Assembly (NCBI GenBank): GCA_002632265.1 | Contig: NQOV01000005.1 | Location: 148,234-212,233, forward strand | Length of the DNA: 64,000 bases | Source of the DNA: Rhodospirillaceae bacterium MC! | GTDB taxonomy: Bacteria; Pseudomonadota; Alphaproteobacteria; MC1 | Direction of reading: 5' to 3' | Shown here: one piece after another, positions 54,913 through 64,000 of the stretch | How the letters are laid out: every line of letters begins with the position of its first letter | Position numbering within the stretch: position 1 is the first letter of the stretch | Notes under the pieces: generated by a model | The model's database searches: none | Told to the model about the DNA's origin: nothing | What the model saw: only the letters and a program-made list of their open reading frames with translations | Made by a program: the position numbers and the translations under genes

Positions 54913-55902
54913 TTAATCTAACGGTTCGGTGGTTTCGTAGGATACATCACTTAAGGATTTACCGTGGCGGTATTCGTCATAATATACAATTTGGGTAGGG
55001 TGTGTGCCGTGTTTGTATCTTTCCATGTGTGAGCGATAGTTTCCCAATTTAAAATAAGGGCCTACATTTGAAGTATCGGAAACGTTCTGACCACGATAAT
55101 CAACGATTTCTTTACCGTCCATTTTCACGATAATACGTCCTTTATCAGTCTTTGACCATATGGCGTCGTAAACAAAATCATGCCATTGGCCTTTAGTGAA
55201 ATCGGTTAAATACAAGTGCATTCTATCATGATGATTGTACTTGAAATTAATATACATTTTACCGTTGGCATACTGATTATCGAAGTTATTGGCTTCATTA
55301 TCATGGAACTGCCCTAAAATTTGATAGGGAGCGTCCATTTCATTATAATCCTTAGGAATGTAGATACTATAAGCATAATATACATGCTGATTTAAGGGAG
55401 CAAGCCATAAATCGCTTACTTCGGTTCGTTCTCTGTTGGTTTTACAATCGTTTAACTGACCATTTGAACCTTGGCTACAATCGCCATTTCTTGTCTCAAA
55501 CCTTAGGGATGTTTTCCCACGGCGGGCGATTTCGGAAGTACGTTGAATGGCGTAAGGCAAGGCTTTTTCCGATACCTTGCTAAACATCAAGATATTACGA
55601 TCGATTTGATTTTTTTCTTGATAGCTATTTAAAAGCTTATGATAATCACTATCTAAAGCATAACTTTTACGCATAAAGCCAAAGCCGTCCTTTGAGGCTA
55701 CCGCATGGGCTTTTTCATCGTGAACAACACGAACTTTCACACCGTCGCAAAAGATTTCTTTTTTCTCGGTTTGTATACAATTGGTCTTGCCCTTAAAGGC
55801 AACTTTTTTCCCTTGAACTTTATCAGCTCCTCCACCATTCCCACACCCTGCCAACAATAGCACTGATGTTAATGATAACATTTGGATGATTTTCTTATTC
55901 AT
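54913..55902 (-). CDS. PL7-like (alginate-lyase-2 fold) polysaccharide lyase lipoprotein
   Basis: Lipobox LLLAGCG; blocks RERTEVS, QILGQFHD and GPYFKLGNYR resemble the PL7 R(S/T)E(L/V)R, QIH and YFKAGxY signatures in the expected order and spacing. Confidence 0.5.
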   Translation of the reverse strand: MNKKIIQMLSLTSVLLLAGCGNGGGADKVQGKKVAFKGKTNCIQTEKKEIFCDGVKVRVVHDEKAHAVASKDGFGFMRKSYALDSDYHKLLNSYQEKNQIDRNILMFSKVSEKALPYAIQRTSEIARRGKTSLRFETRNGDCSQGSNGQLNDCKTNRERTEVSDLWLAPLNQHVYYAYSIYIPKDYNEMDAPYQILGQFHDNEANNFDNQYANGKMYINFKYNHHDRMHLYLTDFTKGQWHDFVYDAIWSKTDKGRIIVKMDGKEIVDYRGQNVSDTSNVGPYFKLGNYRSHMERYKHGTHPTQIVYYDEYRHGKSLSDVSYETTEPLD

Positions 55903-55984
55903 TATAATTTTCCTTTTATAACTTTTCTGTGTAAATTAATGTATATAAAATTATTCACATTCCCAATAATCTGCGAATGTGAAT

Positions 55985-56105
55985 AATAACTGTTAAACCA
56001 AGGAGTGGGAAAAAGTGCTCATTCAGAGTTCTTAAGCGGGGCGGGGTGTCCCCATGCATAAGCCCCGCTTAAGGGCTTTGAATGAGTGCTTTTTCACGCT
56101 CCTTT
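55985..56105. repeat. Solo family A element with a central GCGGGGCGGGGTGTCCCCATGCATAAGCCCCGC hairpin and a terminal GAATGAGTGCTTTTTCACGC motif. It sits between the binding-protein gene and the lyase gene.
   Basis: Shares the GGGAAAAAGTGCT / GAATGAGTGCTTTTTCAC termini with other family A copies. Confidence 0.75.
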
Positions 56106-56109
56106 AATT

Positions 56110-57705
56110 CTAGTGGTGTTTGATATTGTATGTTCTATCATACGCCACTTGTGTTACTTTTAACATGTTAAAGAAGCCTGTAGCTTTAACTTTTTTGATG
56201 TATTCATCCCAAGTTTTATCAATATCGGCAGTACCTAACATCCATTTTTGTAGATATTCAGGAACGATATTAAGATTAACTACACTCCAAGATCTATCAT
56301 AAATGCGTTGTTCTGCTTTGGTATAAGCCACACCAGAATATTGCGGTATTAACCATTTTAAATATTTACCGTAGATTTTCTTATCTGATTCGGTAACCAT
56401 TTGCATTTCGTTGGCTCTATCACGAATATATCCCAAGGGAGCAGAGGCCCCAACTTTGTATAGATATCCTACAACTTCAGGTTGCGATAAGGTTTGCTTA
56501 GTAAATACAGGTTTGCCTTTTACCATTGTATAGGTTACAGGTTTGATACCATATGGGTTAGGCGGAATACCGTAGTTGTTTGCTCTTAAGCCTTCTTTAG
56601 AGTAGAACCAATCAAGGAACTTAATTACTTCCATAGGGTGCTTAGTTTGAGCAGACATACCCCAACCATCTTTTCTTACTAACTCACGAGCATGTTCTTC
56701 ATACTGTGATCCGTCGATACCCTTTGGTGGATCAATGGAAATAAGGTTAAAGCCTGGGATTTTCTTCGCTAAAGATCTATTAAATGATGTTGTAGACGGA
56801 ATCCAATCATGAACCATACCACATTGGTTTCTAGCGAATAGAATCTCACGTGTATGTTTACCACGAGTAAAGATTTGCGGATCAATTAATTTTTCTTTGT
56901 ACCATTTGATCACATGCTTATATGCTTCTTTAAACTTAGGTTCTACGAAAGCATAGTGAACATAGTTCTTTTTATCTTGATACATATCAAAGTAGTAATC
57001 TGATCCTGATGTTCTTGAACCGAACAGATTAACTAAACGAATAGATTCTTGCCAATGACGACCGCAATAAGGAATTTCGTCTTTTCTGCCGTTACCGTTA
57101 GGATCTCTATCTCTAAAGGCGATAAGAACTTTTTCTAACTCTTGTACAGTCTTTGGAACTTTTAAATGAAGCTTTTTCAACCAATCTTCACGGATAAAGT
57201 ACGAACGACCCACAGATAAAGATTCAGGATTGAAATATGGTAAATAGTAAATATGACCATCTGCGGCTCTGGTTTTTAATTTAGCTCCAGGAATCGTATC
57301 AAATGCTCTTTTGATATTCGGTGCATATTTAAAATATTTATCCAATGGCATAAATGCCCCTTGTACCCCGTATTTAGTTGCAATCGGCTTGAAATTATTC
57401 AAACCCACAACATCCGCAAGATGACCACTTGCAAGGTGTAAGTTTAATACATCGATTGACTTAGACGCATATTTAGGTGCTAAGCTGGTGATTTTAGTAC
57501 AAGTTTCTTTTTCAATGTATCTTACAATGGGTAATGACTCATTGTATGCCATTCTATCTCTAAAATGGAAGAACATTGTTATTGGTACAATTTTCTTACA
57601 TTTAGTAGCTCTTGCTTGAGCTGTAGAAGAAAATACAGGCAATAAAGCTAATGAAAAAACAGTACCTAATAATAATTTAGATTTTGTTGTTTTTAATATA
57701 TTCAT
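56110..57705 (-). CDS. ABC transporter extracellular solute-binding protein (family 1, LplA/YtcQ-like carbohydrate uptake type), paralog 2
   Basis: 531 aa; SPase I signal peptide (AQA); about 70 percent identical to the upstream paralog. Confidence 0.75.
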   Translation of the reverse strand: MNILKTTKSKLLLGTVFSLALLPVFSSTAQARATKCKKIVPITMFFHFRDRMAYNESLPIVRYIEKETCTKITSLAPKYASKSIDVLNLHLASGHLADVVGLNNFKPIATKYGVQGAFMPLDKYFKYAPNIKRAFDTIPGAKLKTRAADGHIYYLPYFNPESLSVGRSYFIREDWLKKLHLKVPKTVQELEKVLIAFRDRDPNGNGRKDEIPYCGRHWQESIRLVNLFGSRTSGSDYYFDMYQDKKNYVHYAFVEPKFKEAYKHVIKWYKEKLIDPQIFTRGKHTREILFARNQCGMVHDWIPSTTSFNRSLAKKIPGFNLISIDPPKGIDGSQYEEHARELVRKDGWGMSAQTKHPMEVIKFLDWFYSKEGLRANNYGIPPNPYGIKPVTYTMVKGKPVFTKQTLSQPEVVGYLYKVGASAPLGYIRDRANEMQMVTESDKKIYGKYLKWLIPQYSGVAYTKAEQRIYDRSWSVVNLNIVPEYLQKWMLGTADIDKTWDEYIKKVKATGFFNMLKVTQVAYDRTYNIKHH

Positions 57706-58047
57706 TTATATATCTCCAATTTAATTTTATAACTTTTTATTTGAATTGAAATATGAGTGTGAAATATTGAGTGTGCATATAAATATAATTTTAAATTTCA
57801 GTATCAATTTCAATGTGACGGGGCCATATACATTCATTCATCCCCAATATGTAGGATCAGTTATGTTAATAATATCACAATGTAATCATATTGACATACT
57901 AAGGTAGAAATGTAGATAACCATAGATAGGTTGTTGGTTGTTGTGGTTTTTGACTTATTATATACTTTTTAGGTGGGAAGTTCTTAACCCAAGTGTGAAA
58001 AAGTACTTTGGTACTTTCTCACAATCTTTTAGTTCACAACCTTTTAG

Positions 58048-59616
58048 TTATTTTTTATATGTTCGGTTATATGCCTCCTGTGTTTCATCTAGTAATTTGA
58101 AGAAGCCTGTTACTTTAATTTTTTGAATGTATTCATCCCAAGTTTTATCAATATCGGCAGTACCTAACATCCATTTTTGTAGATATTCTGGCACGGTATT
58201 ACTATTTACTACGGTCCACGCTCTATCATATAAACGTTGTTCGGCTTTGTTATAAGCCACACCTGGATACTGATCAATTAAAAACTTAGTATATCTTGTG
58301 TAGATATTTCTAACTTCAGGGCTTACCATTTGTAATTCGTAGTTTGCATCCATAACGTATCCTAGTGGTGCAGCTGCTCCCATTTTGTATAGATAATCTT
58401 GTACTGCTGGCATAGCAAGAACTTTTTTAGTGAATTTAGGTTGACCGTTAACCATATTATAGCTCACACCTGGAATACCATAGTTATTAGTTCTTGAACC
58501 TTCTGGAGAGTAGAACCAATCAAGGAATTTAATAACTTCTATCGGATGTTTAGTACTGCGAGCCATACCCCAACCATCTTTTCTTACTAACTCACGAGAG
58601 TGTTCTTCATATTGAGATCCGTCGATCCCTTTTGGTGGATTAATGGCAATCAACTTAAAGCCTGGAACTCTTTTTTGCATAGCGTTATTAAATGATGTTG
58701 TTGAAGATATCCAATCATGAACCATACCACATTGATTTCTAGAGAATAGGATTTCACGAGAACGTTTTCCACGTGTGAAGATTTCCGCATCAATTAGTTT
58801 ATCTTTGTACCATTTGATCACATGTTTATATGCTTCTTTAAATTTAGGTTCTACGAATGCGTATTTGATTTTGTGTTGTTTGTTAACATAGAAATCAAAG
58901 TAATAATCAGATCCAGAAGTTCTAGAACCGAATAGATTAACTAAACGTACAGCCTCTTGCCAATGACGACCACAATAAGGAACTTCATCTTTTCTACCGT
59001 TACCATTAGGATCTTGATCCCTAAAGGCGATAAGGGTTTTTTCCAATTCTGCTACTGTTTTTGGTACTGGCAAATGTAATTTCTTTAACCAATCTTCACG
59101 AATGAAATAGGCACGACCCACTTTTAATTTAGGTGGAGTAAAATATGGTAAATAATAGATATTACCGTCCGCTGCTGACGCTTTGATTTTAGCTTCTGGA
59201 TTTTCTGCAAATACTTTTTTGATATGCGGGGCATATTTATCAATCAAGTTATTTAACGGCATGAAAGCCCCTTGCATACCGTATTTATTCGCTATGGGCT
59301 TAAAGTTATGAATACCGATGACATCCGCCAGATGACCACTGGCAAGATGTAGATTCAAAACACTTAAAGACTTCGACGCATATTTCGGTGCTAAGCTAAC
59401 GATTTTCGTACAAGTTTGCTTTTCCACGTATCTCACGATTGGAAGATCTTCATTGTACGCCATTCTATCCCTAAAATGGAAGAACATTGTTATGGGTGTG
59501 ATTTTATCACACTTTACATCTTTTGCTTGAGCAGTTGAAGAAAGCACAGGCATTAGAGCCAAAGAAAACATTGTTCCTAGTAGTAATTTAGATTTTGTTA
59601 GTTTAAATATATTCAT
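58048..59616 (-). CDS. ABC transporter extracellular solute-binding protein (LplA-like), paralog 1
   Basis: 522 aa; signal peptide; same architecture as the downstream paralog. Confidence 0.75.
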   Translation of the reverse strand: MNIFKLTKSKLLLGTMFSLALMPVLSSTAQAKDVKCDKITPITMFFHFRDRMAYNEDLPIVRYVEKQTCTKIVSLAPKYASKSLSVLNLHLASGHLADVIGIHNFKPIANKYGMQGAFMPLNNLIDKYAPHIKKVFAENPEAKIKASAADGNIYYLPYFTPPKLKVGRAYFIREDWLKKLHLPVPKTVAELEKTLIAFRDQDPNGNGRKDEVPYCGRHWQEAVRLVNLFGSRTSGSDYYFDFYVNKQHKIKYAFVEPKFKEAYKHVIKWYKDKLIDAEIFTRGKRSREILFSRNQCGMVHDWISSTTSFNNAMQKRVPGFKLIAINPPKGIDGSQYEEHSRELVRKDGWGMARSTKHPIEVIKFLDWFYSPEGSRTNNYGIPGVSYNMVNGQPKFTKKVLAMPAVQDYLYKMGAAAPLGYVMDANYELQMVSPEVRNIYTRYTKFLIDQYPGVAYNKAEQRLYDRAWTVVNSNTVPEYLQKWMLGTADIDKTWDEYIQKIKVTGFFKLLDETQEAYNRTYKK

Positions 59617-59756
59617 GATATACGCCTTGTTAAGTTTATAGTTAGAGTTATAGTTGTTGTTGAAATGTTCAGGATTGTTGAAAGGGGTTAAAGTTAAAGG
59701 GTTAAAGTGTAAGGATTGTTGTAAGCATTGAATGAGTGCTTTTTCACGCCCTTACA

Positions 59757-60644
59757 TTATTCTTTTACGCCACCTACGTTAGCACCTTTATTGAAGTACT
59801 TTAAGATGAAAGGATAGATCATGATCACAGGTATAACCGATATTACAATAATAGCCGCCGAGATTGTTTCAGGCGATGTTATGCTCCCGAAAGTTGAGCT
59901 AGAGAATTCATCATTACGATTGGCGTCGGTGAGAACTTTTTTCAAGTACACTTGTAGGGGGATTTTATTTTCGTCTTGTAGTAGAACCATAGCCCAGAAG
60001 TAACCGTTCCAACGAGCCACAGCATAGAATAGGCCCACAGTTACGATCGCAGGGCGAGACATTGGAATATAGATATTCCATAAGATTTGGAAATGCGACG
60101 CACCATCCATTTTAGCAGACGCTTCAAGATCGGCAGGAATACCCTCGAAGTAAGTACGCATTAGTACGATGTAGAAAGCGTTCATTAAAAAGCCGATAAT
60201 AATACCTGTTCTACTATCAGTTAGATGTAGATCACGGATGTTAAGATAGAAAGGGATCACACCAAACACACGGATATTTAACCACATTGTTAATACAATA
60301 AAGATCATAAACAATTTTCTACCCCAAAGATCTTTTTTAGATAGGGCGTAAGCACAAGTAATGGTCATTACCAGACTACAGAAAGTTCCGAAACCAGTAT
60401 AGAATATGGTATTTAAATAACCAGTCCAGATAATTTTATCTTTTAGAATGATCTTAAAAGATTCGATGTTTATATGTTTGGGTAGAAGTAACACATCCCC
60501 AGCGGTTACGGAGTCGCCATCACTAACGGACGCCGCCAAAGTATATAAAAATGGATAAACACAAGAAAGAGCGAACACCACTAATAGAATAATGTTTACG
60601 ATATTAAAGATTTTATCTTTAGTTCCTACGGAATAATTCAACAT
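59757..60644 (-). CDS. Carbohydrate ABC transporter permease (LplC/YtcP-like)
   Basis: 6 transmembrane helices; EAA loop EASAKMDGASHFQILWNIYIP. Confidence 0.8.
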   Translation of the reverse strand: MLNYSVGTKDKIFNIVNIILLVVFALSCVYPFLYTLAASVSDGDSVTAGDVLLLPKHINIESFKIILKDKIIWTGYLNTIFYTGFGTFCSLVMTITCAYALSKKDLWGRKLFMIFIVLTMWLNIRVFGVIPFYLNIRDLHLTDSRTGIIIGFLMNAFYIVLMRTYFEGIPADLEASAKMDGASHFQILWNIYIPMSRPAIVTVGLFYAVARWNGYFWAMVLLQDENKIPLQVYLKKVLTDANRNDEFSSSTFGSITSPETISAAIIVISVIPVIMIYPFILKYFNKGANVGGVKE

Positions 60645-60720
60645 AATAATAGATCCTTATAAATAATAAATTGAAGTTTAAGTTTAAGTTTAAGTTTAAA
60701 GTTTTAATTTTAGAAATTGT

Positions 60721-61713
60721 TTACCACAACGAAGTTTCAGAAATCTTCTTAGCGATACGGTTTGATCCGAACACAAGCACAACGGCAATCAGAGCATTAA
60801 ATAATCCTGCGGCGGTAGCTGGTCCATATTGAGTGTTTTCGATACCAATACGATATACGAATGATCCCAATGTATCGGCGGTTGAGTATGTGGCTGGTTG
60901 GTATAAAAGAATAATTTTTTCGAAGTTAGAATCCATTAGATGTCCGATAGCGATGATGAACATAATCACGATTGTAGGTAAAATACAAGGTAATGTAATG
61001 TGTCTAATCTGTTGGAATCTGCTTGCTCCGTCCAGTGTTGCAGCTTCGTAAAGGGCGGGATTAATGCCTACGATAGCAGCGAAATATACAATAGAGCTAA
61101 AGCCCGATGATTGCCATATGTTAGAAGAGATAAAGATTGTTTTAAACCAAGCAGGATCGATCATAAAGTATTGTTCATCTAAGTTAATATGATCCAATAA
61201 ATGAGCCAACCAAGGGGCCCATGAAAGATGACCTTGTATGCTAAGAATAAAATCATGATAATGACGGATAATAATGTTGATCACACCCACAGACGGAGCT
61301 AAGAAAGTCAACATCAAACCAGATACGATCACAACAGATATGAAATGGGGTAAATATACCACTGTTTGGATTACTTTTCGAGAAAAAGCGTGTTTTAGTT
61401 CCCATAATAGAATTGCAAGAAAGATCGGCACTGGGAAACCAAATACTAAACCACCGATACTTAATTCGATAGTGTTAATGAAAGCTCGCCAGAATTCAGG
61501 GTTACTTAATAAGTAGGTAAAGTTATCTAATCCAACCCAGTCAGACCCTGCAAAACCTTGGAAGACACTATATTCCTTAAATGATATTAATAGTCCCCAC
61601 ATAGGTTTGTAGATAAATACTCCATACCAAATTAATGTTGGTAAGACCAATAAATATAACTGCCATGATTTTTTCCATTCGGTTTTTACTTTTTGAATAA
61701 TAGCCATTTTCAA
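60721..61713 (-). CDS. Carbohydrate ABC transporter permease (LplB/YteP-like)
   Basis: EAA loop EAATLDGASRFQQIRHITLP; extra N-terminal transmembrane helix typical of LplB. Confidence 0.8.
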   Translation of the reverse strand: MKMAIIQKVKTEWKKSWQLYLLVLPTLIWYGVFIYKPMWGLLISFKEYSVFQGFAGSDWVGLDNFTYLLSNPEFWRAFINTIELSIGGLVFGFPVPIFLAILLWELKHAFSRKVIQTVVYLPHFISVVIVSGLMLTFLAPSVGVINIIIRHYHDFILSIQGHLSWAPWLAHLLDHINLDEQYFMIDPAWFKTIFISSNIWQSSGFSSIVYFAAIVGINPALYEAATLDGASRFQQIRHITLPCILPTIVIMFIIAIGHLMDSNFEKIILLYQPATYSTADTLGSFVYRIGIENTQYGPATAAGLFNALIAVVLVFGSNRIAKKISETSLW

Positions 61714-62223
61714 TCCTTTTGTTTTTTTGGTTAATATTTAATTACAATTCATTTATAAATTAAATCATAATATGAAAGATTATTTACCAATTATCATATA
61801 TCATACAAATAAAGTCAAGTTTTTTCTTTTAATTACTATTTTTCACGGATAAAAACTATATTTTAGCAGTGGGATATATTATTGTTATTCCACGATTAAA
61901 TATATATATCTTCCGAATAAGGCACGTATTATATTATCCTACAACTTGGTATCTTTATTTTTTATCTCTTTAATAGTATGATTATTGATATTTTACTTAT
62001 CTCATTAAATACGATAACTAACCCTAAGACTTTTGCTATTGTATTTCAATGCTTTTCGCATATATTTTTACAATAACACATCTGATAAGTTAAGAAAAAG
62101 TTAATAAAAACCACAGATTAGGTTCATGGCGAGCTATTCATCTGATTCGCATATTTTAATTGTTAAACAATAGCAAATTTTAGCTTTTTATCTAAGATAA
62201 TTTAGGCAGGGTTTAGGAGTAGT

Positions 62224-63483
62224 TTATGAGCAATTGATGAGATCAATCTCTTTTTTCATGAAATCCATTTGGAATTTTTCTATATGGTCTTTGTTGTGAT
62301 AGTACACTTGATTTATCTCATTGTTATTATTTAAGATATCCAAGATATTTTCATAATTAACTTTGGCAAGGATAATAGCGAGATTTATGGGATAGCCAGT
62401 CTTATCAGTTTGTAAATACTTACTTTTAAGATTATTAATAAGATTAACATTGTTAGTTAATACATATACATTGTTTTTAGGGGTTTTGTTATCATATAGT
62501 ATGGATTGAATTTTCTCATCATCCAGATGATCATGGGCAAGAACTAAGGTATTACAGGGGAAATCCAATTGACATTCGCCATTATTCAAGCCGTCGCCTG
62601 CGTATATGGGAACGTATAAACCGTCATATAATTTATAGCTTGGAAAGTTGCCCCACTCTGTGCGGTTATGTCCGACTATTTCATAGTGTTTGTCATAATA
62701 ATGGGCGATTTGCATATCAGAGAGGCCGTGTTTTTTCAACTCTTCCATTTCTTCCCGATTGCTTGGATATTGCGGATAATGATCCTTAGAATAGCTATTC
62801 ATCGGATTGGTATTTTCTGGGTTTACTCGAGAGACATGGACGTAATTATCATGATACTTAAAGAACAAACTACCATTAATATGAGTGTTTAAAGTATTAA
62901 AGTTATTACTATTCTCAACAAAAATATTTTCAGACATGGGGGCATAAACATGGTCGTAGTGTTCCATAAGGTGGATTTGTTCGGTTTTGTTATTTTTGCC
63001 ATTGAAAGCGGTTAGGAATCCGTATAAGGTATTGATATCTATGGGAACATCAGGCACATTAAAGATAAGAGCAGATACTTTATTTGTACCCTCTTTACGT
63101 ATGCGATTCATAAGTGCTAGGGTATCCACATCATAGATCGCCGATATTTGATTCTCCACCAAGAATCTATCTAGCTCATCGGGGAAATTAAAGGCAGGAA
63201 TCACCACACCAGAGGCGGACATATTAGAAGATAACACACGTTTTTCCTCTAAAAAAGCCCCATGGCTATTACATATGACGATTTTTCCGATGTTTTCTTT
63301 TTTTGTAATCCGTCCATAAGAATTTTCTTCACAAATGTTATGACTAATGGAAACTTCGCCCACGCTCAAGCCTTTGTATCCCATTGATTTACCCCATAAA
63401 AAGAAACCTGTTGAAAGGATAATTACAGCATTTTTGTTTTTTGGTTTTGTATATTCGTTCACTTTTTTATCCTTATATTTCAT
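62224..63483 (-). CDS. Hypothetical 419-aa cytoplasmic protein upstream of the transporter cluster, with a His/Asp/Tyr-rich C-terminal half
   Basis: ORF only; no recognised motif. Confidence 0.4.
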   Translation of the reverse strand: MKYKDKKVNEYTKPKNKNAVIILSTGFFLWGKSMGYKGLSVGEVSISHNICEENSYGRITKKENIGKIVICNSHGAFLEEKRVLSSNMSASGVVIPAFNFPDELDRFLVENQISAIYDVDTLALMNRIRKEGTNKVSALIFNVPDVPIDINTLYGFLTAFNGKNNKTEQIHLMEHYDHVYAPMSENIFVENSNNFNTLNTHINGSLFFKYHDNYVHVSRVNPENTNPMNSYSKDHYPQYPSNREEMEELKKHGLSDMQIAHYYDKHYEIVGHNRTEWGNFPSYKLYDGLYVPIYAGDGLNNGECQLDFPCNTLVLAHDHLDDEKIQSILYDNKTPKNNVYVLTNNVNLINNLKSKYLQTDKTGYPINLAIILAKVNYENILDILNNNNEINQVYYHNKDHIEKFQMDFMKKEIDLINCS

Positions 63484-63607
63484 AAGTTTATATATATTAT
63501 AAATTATATAGTTGCTTTTTGCAATAAAAAAATATATTCTATCTATAAAATTGATACATATTAAATTTCTAATGATTATTTACAAAGCTATTACAAAGGT
63601 ATATATT

Positions 63608-64000
63608 ATGATAAGAGAAAAAATCACCGCTCATATGAAATCAGCAATGCAAGCAAAAGAAAAAGAAACTCTTGCAACTATTCGCTTGATTATGGCAGGC
63701 ATTAAAGACGCCGATATCAACGCCCGCACAGAAGAAACCGAAAATGTGCCAGTGGATGATAATGAAGTCATTCGCCTACTTCAAGCCATGATCAAACAGC
63801 GTAAAGACAGTATAGAAATGTACATAAAAGGCGATCGCCAAGATCTAGCCGATAAAGAACAAGCCGAAATTCTTGTAATTAAAGAATTCCTACCCGAACA
63901 ACTCTCACCCGAAGAGCTTGAAAAAGCCGTGCAAGAAACCATTAGCGAACTAAACGCCGAAAGCATTAAAGATATGGGCAAAATCATGAACGCCCTACGA
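63608..64000 (+). CDS. GatB/YqeY-domain protein, 3'-truncated by the window edge. It is not in the ORF track.
   Basis: Hand translation MIREKITAHMKSAMQAKEKETLATIRLIMAGIKDADINAR...EIYIKGDRQDLADKEQAEILVIKEFLPEQLSPEELEKAV fits the YqeY family. Confidence 0.75.
   Translation, partial: MIREKITAHMKSAMQAKEKETLATIRLIMAGIKDADINARTEETENVPVDDNEVIRLLQAMIKQRKDSIEMYIKGDRQDLADKEQAEILVIKEFLPEQLSPEELEKAVQETISELNAESIKDMGKIMNALR

Overview
This window reads as a chromosomal segment of a low-GC alphaproteobacterium that retains a fairly full metabolic repertoire. The evidence for that assignment is a Rickettsia-type HslV propeptide, the plsX-fabH-ihfA-merR gene order, FlbT, and a GroEL with a GGM tail. The region is dense in non-coding repeats. 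Most genes are housekeeping: ftsK, lepA, cydABX, prfB, mrcA, ttcA, hslVU, groESL, ihfA, fabH, plsX, rpmF, bamE, trxB, kefFC, pepD, rsmE, and heme-pathway genes hemJ, hemY and a hemD-hemX fusion. Accessory content is a partial pseudaminic-acid-like surface-glycan cluster (pseB, pseC, a cytidylyltransferase, a pseG-like gene) followed by two tandem GT8 glycosyltransferases. Next to it is a divergent pair: a winged-helix fusion regulator and a 589-aa N/Q/S/T-rich protein. A Panacea-domain protein has no partner toxin. At the far end is a Firmicutes-type carbohydrate ABC importer (two permeases, two tandem substrate-binding proteins) linked to a PL7-like polysaccharide lyase lipoprotein. One tRNA-Ser(GCU) is present. 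I saw no transposase, integrase, phage gene or CRISPR. The non-coding sequence is the unusual part. Two tandem arrays of 108-118 bp palindromic units sit at the 3' ends of ftsK and lepA. Short solo copies of the same family (core motif GAATGAGTGCTTTTTCACGC) lie mostly directly after stop codons. A second dispersed repeat of about 260 bp carries GGCCTAAA/TTTAGGCC hairpins. Heptamer microsatellites are common; the largest is C9 plus about 35 copies of CTGTTAT directly upstream of a gtrA-like gene. ftsK itself is inflated to 1560 aa by in-frame 45-bp x13 and 81-bp x3 tandem repeats. The ORF track misses cydX (30 aa) and rpmF (55 aa).
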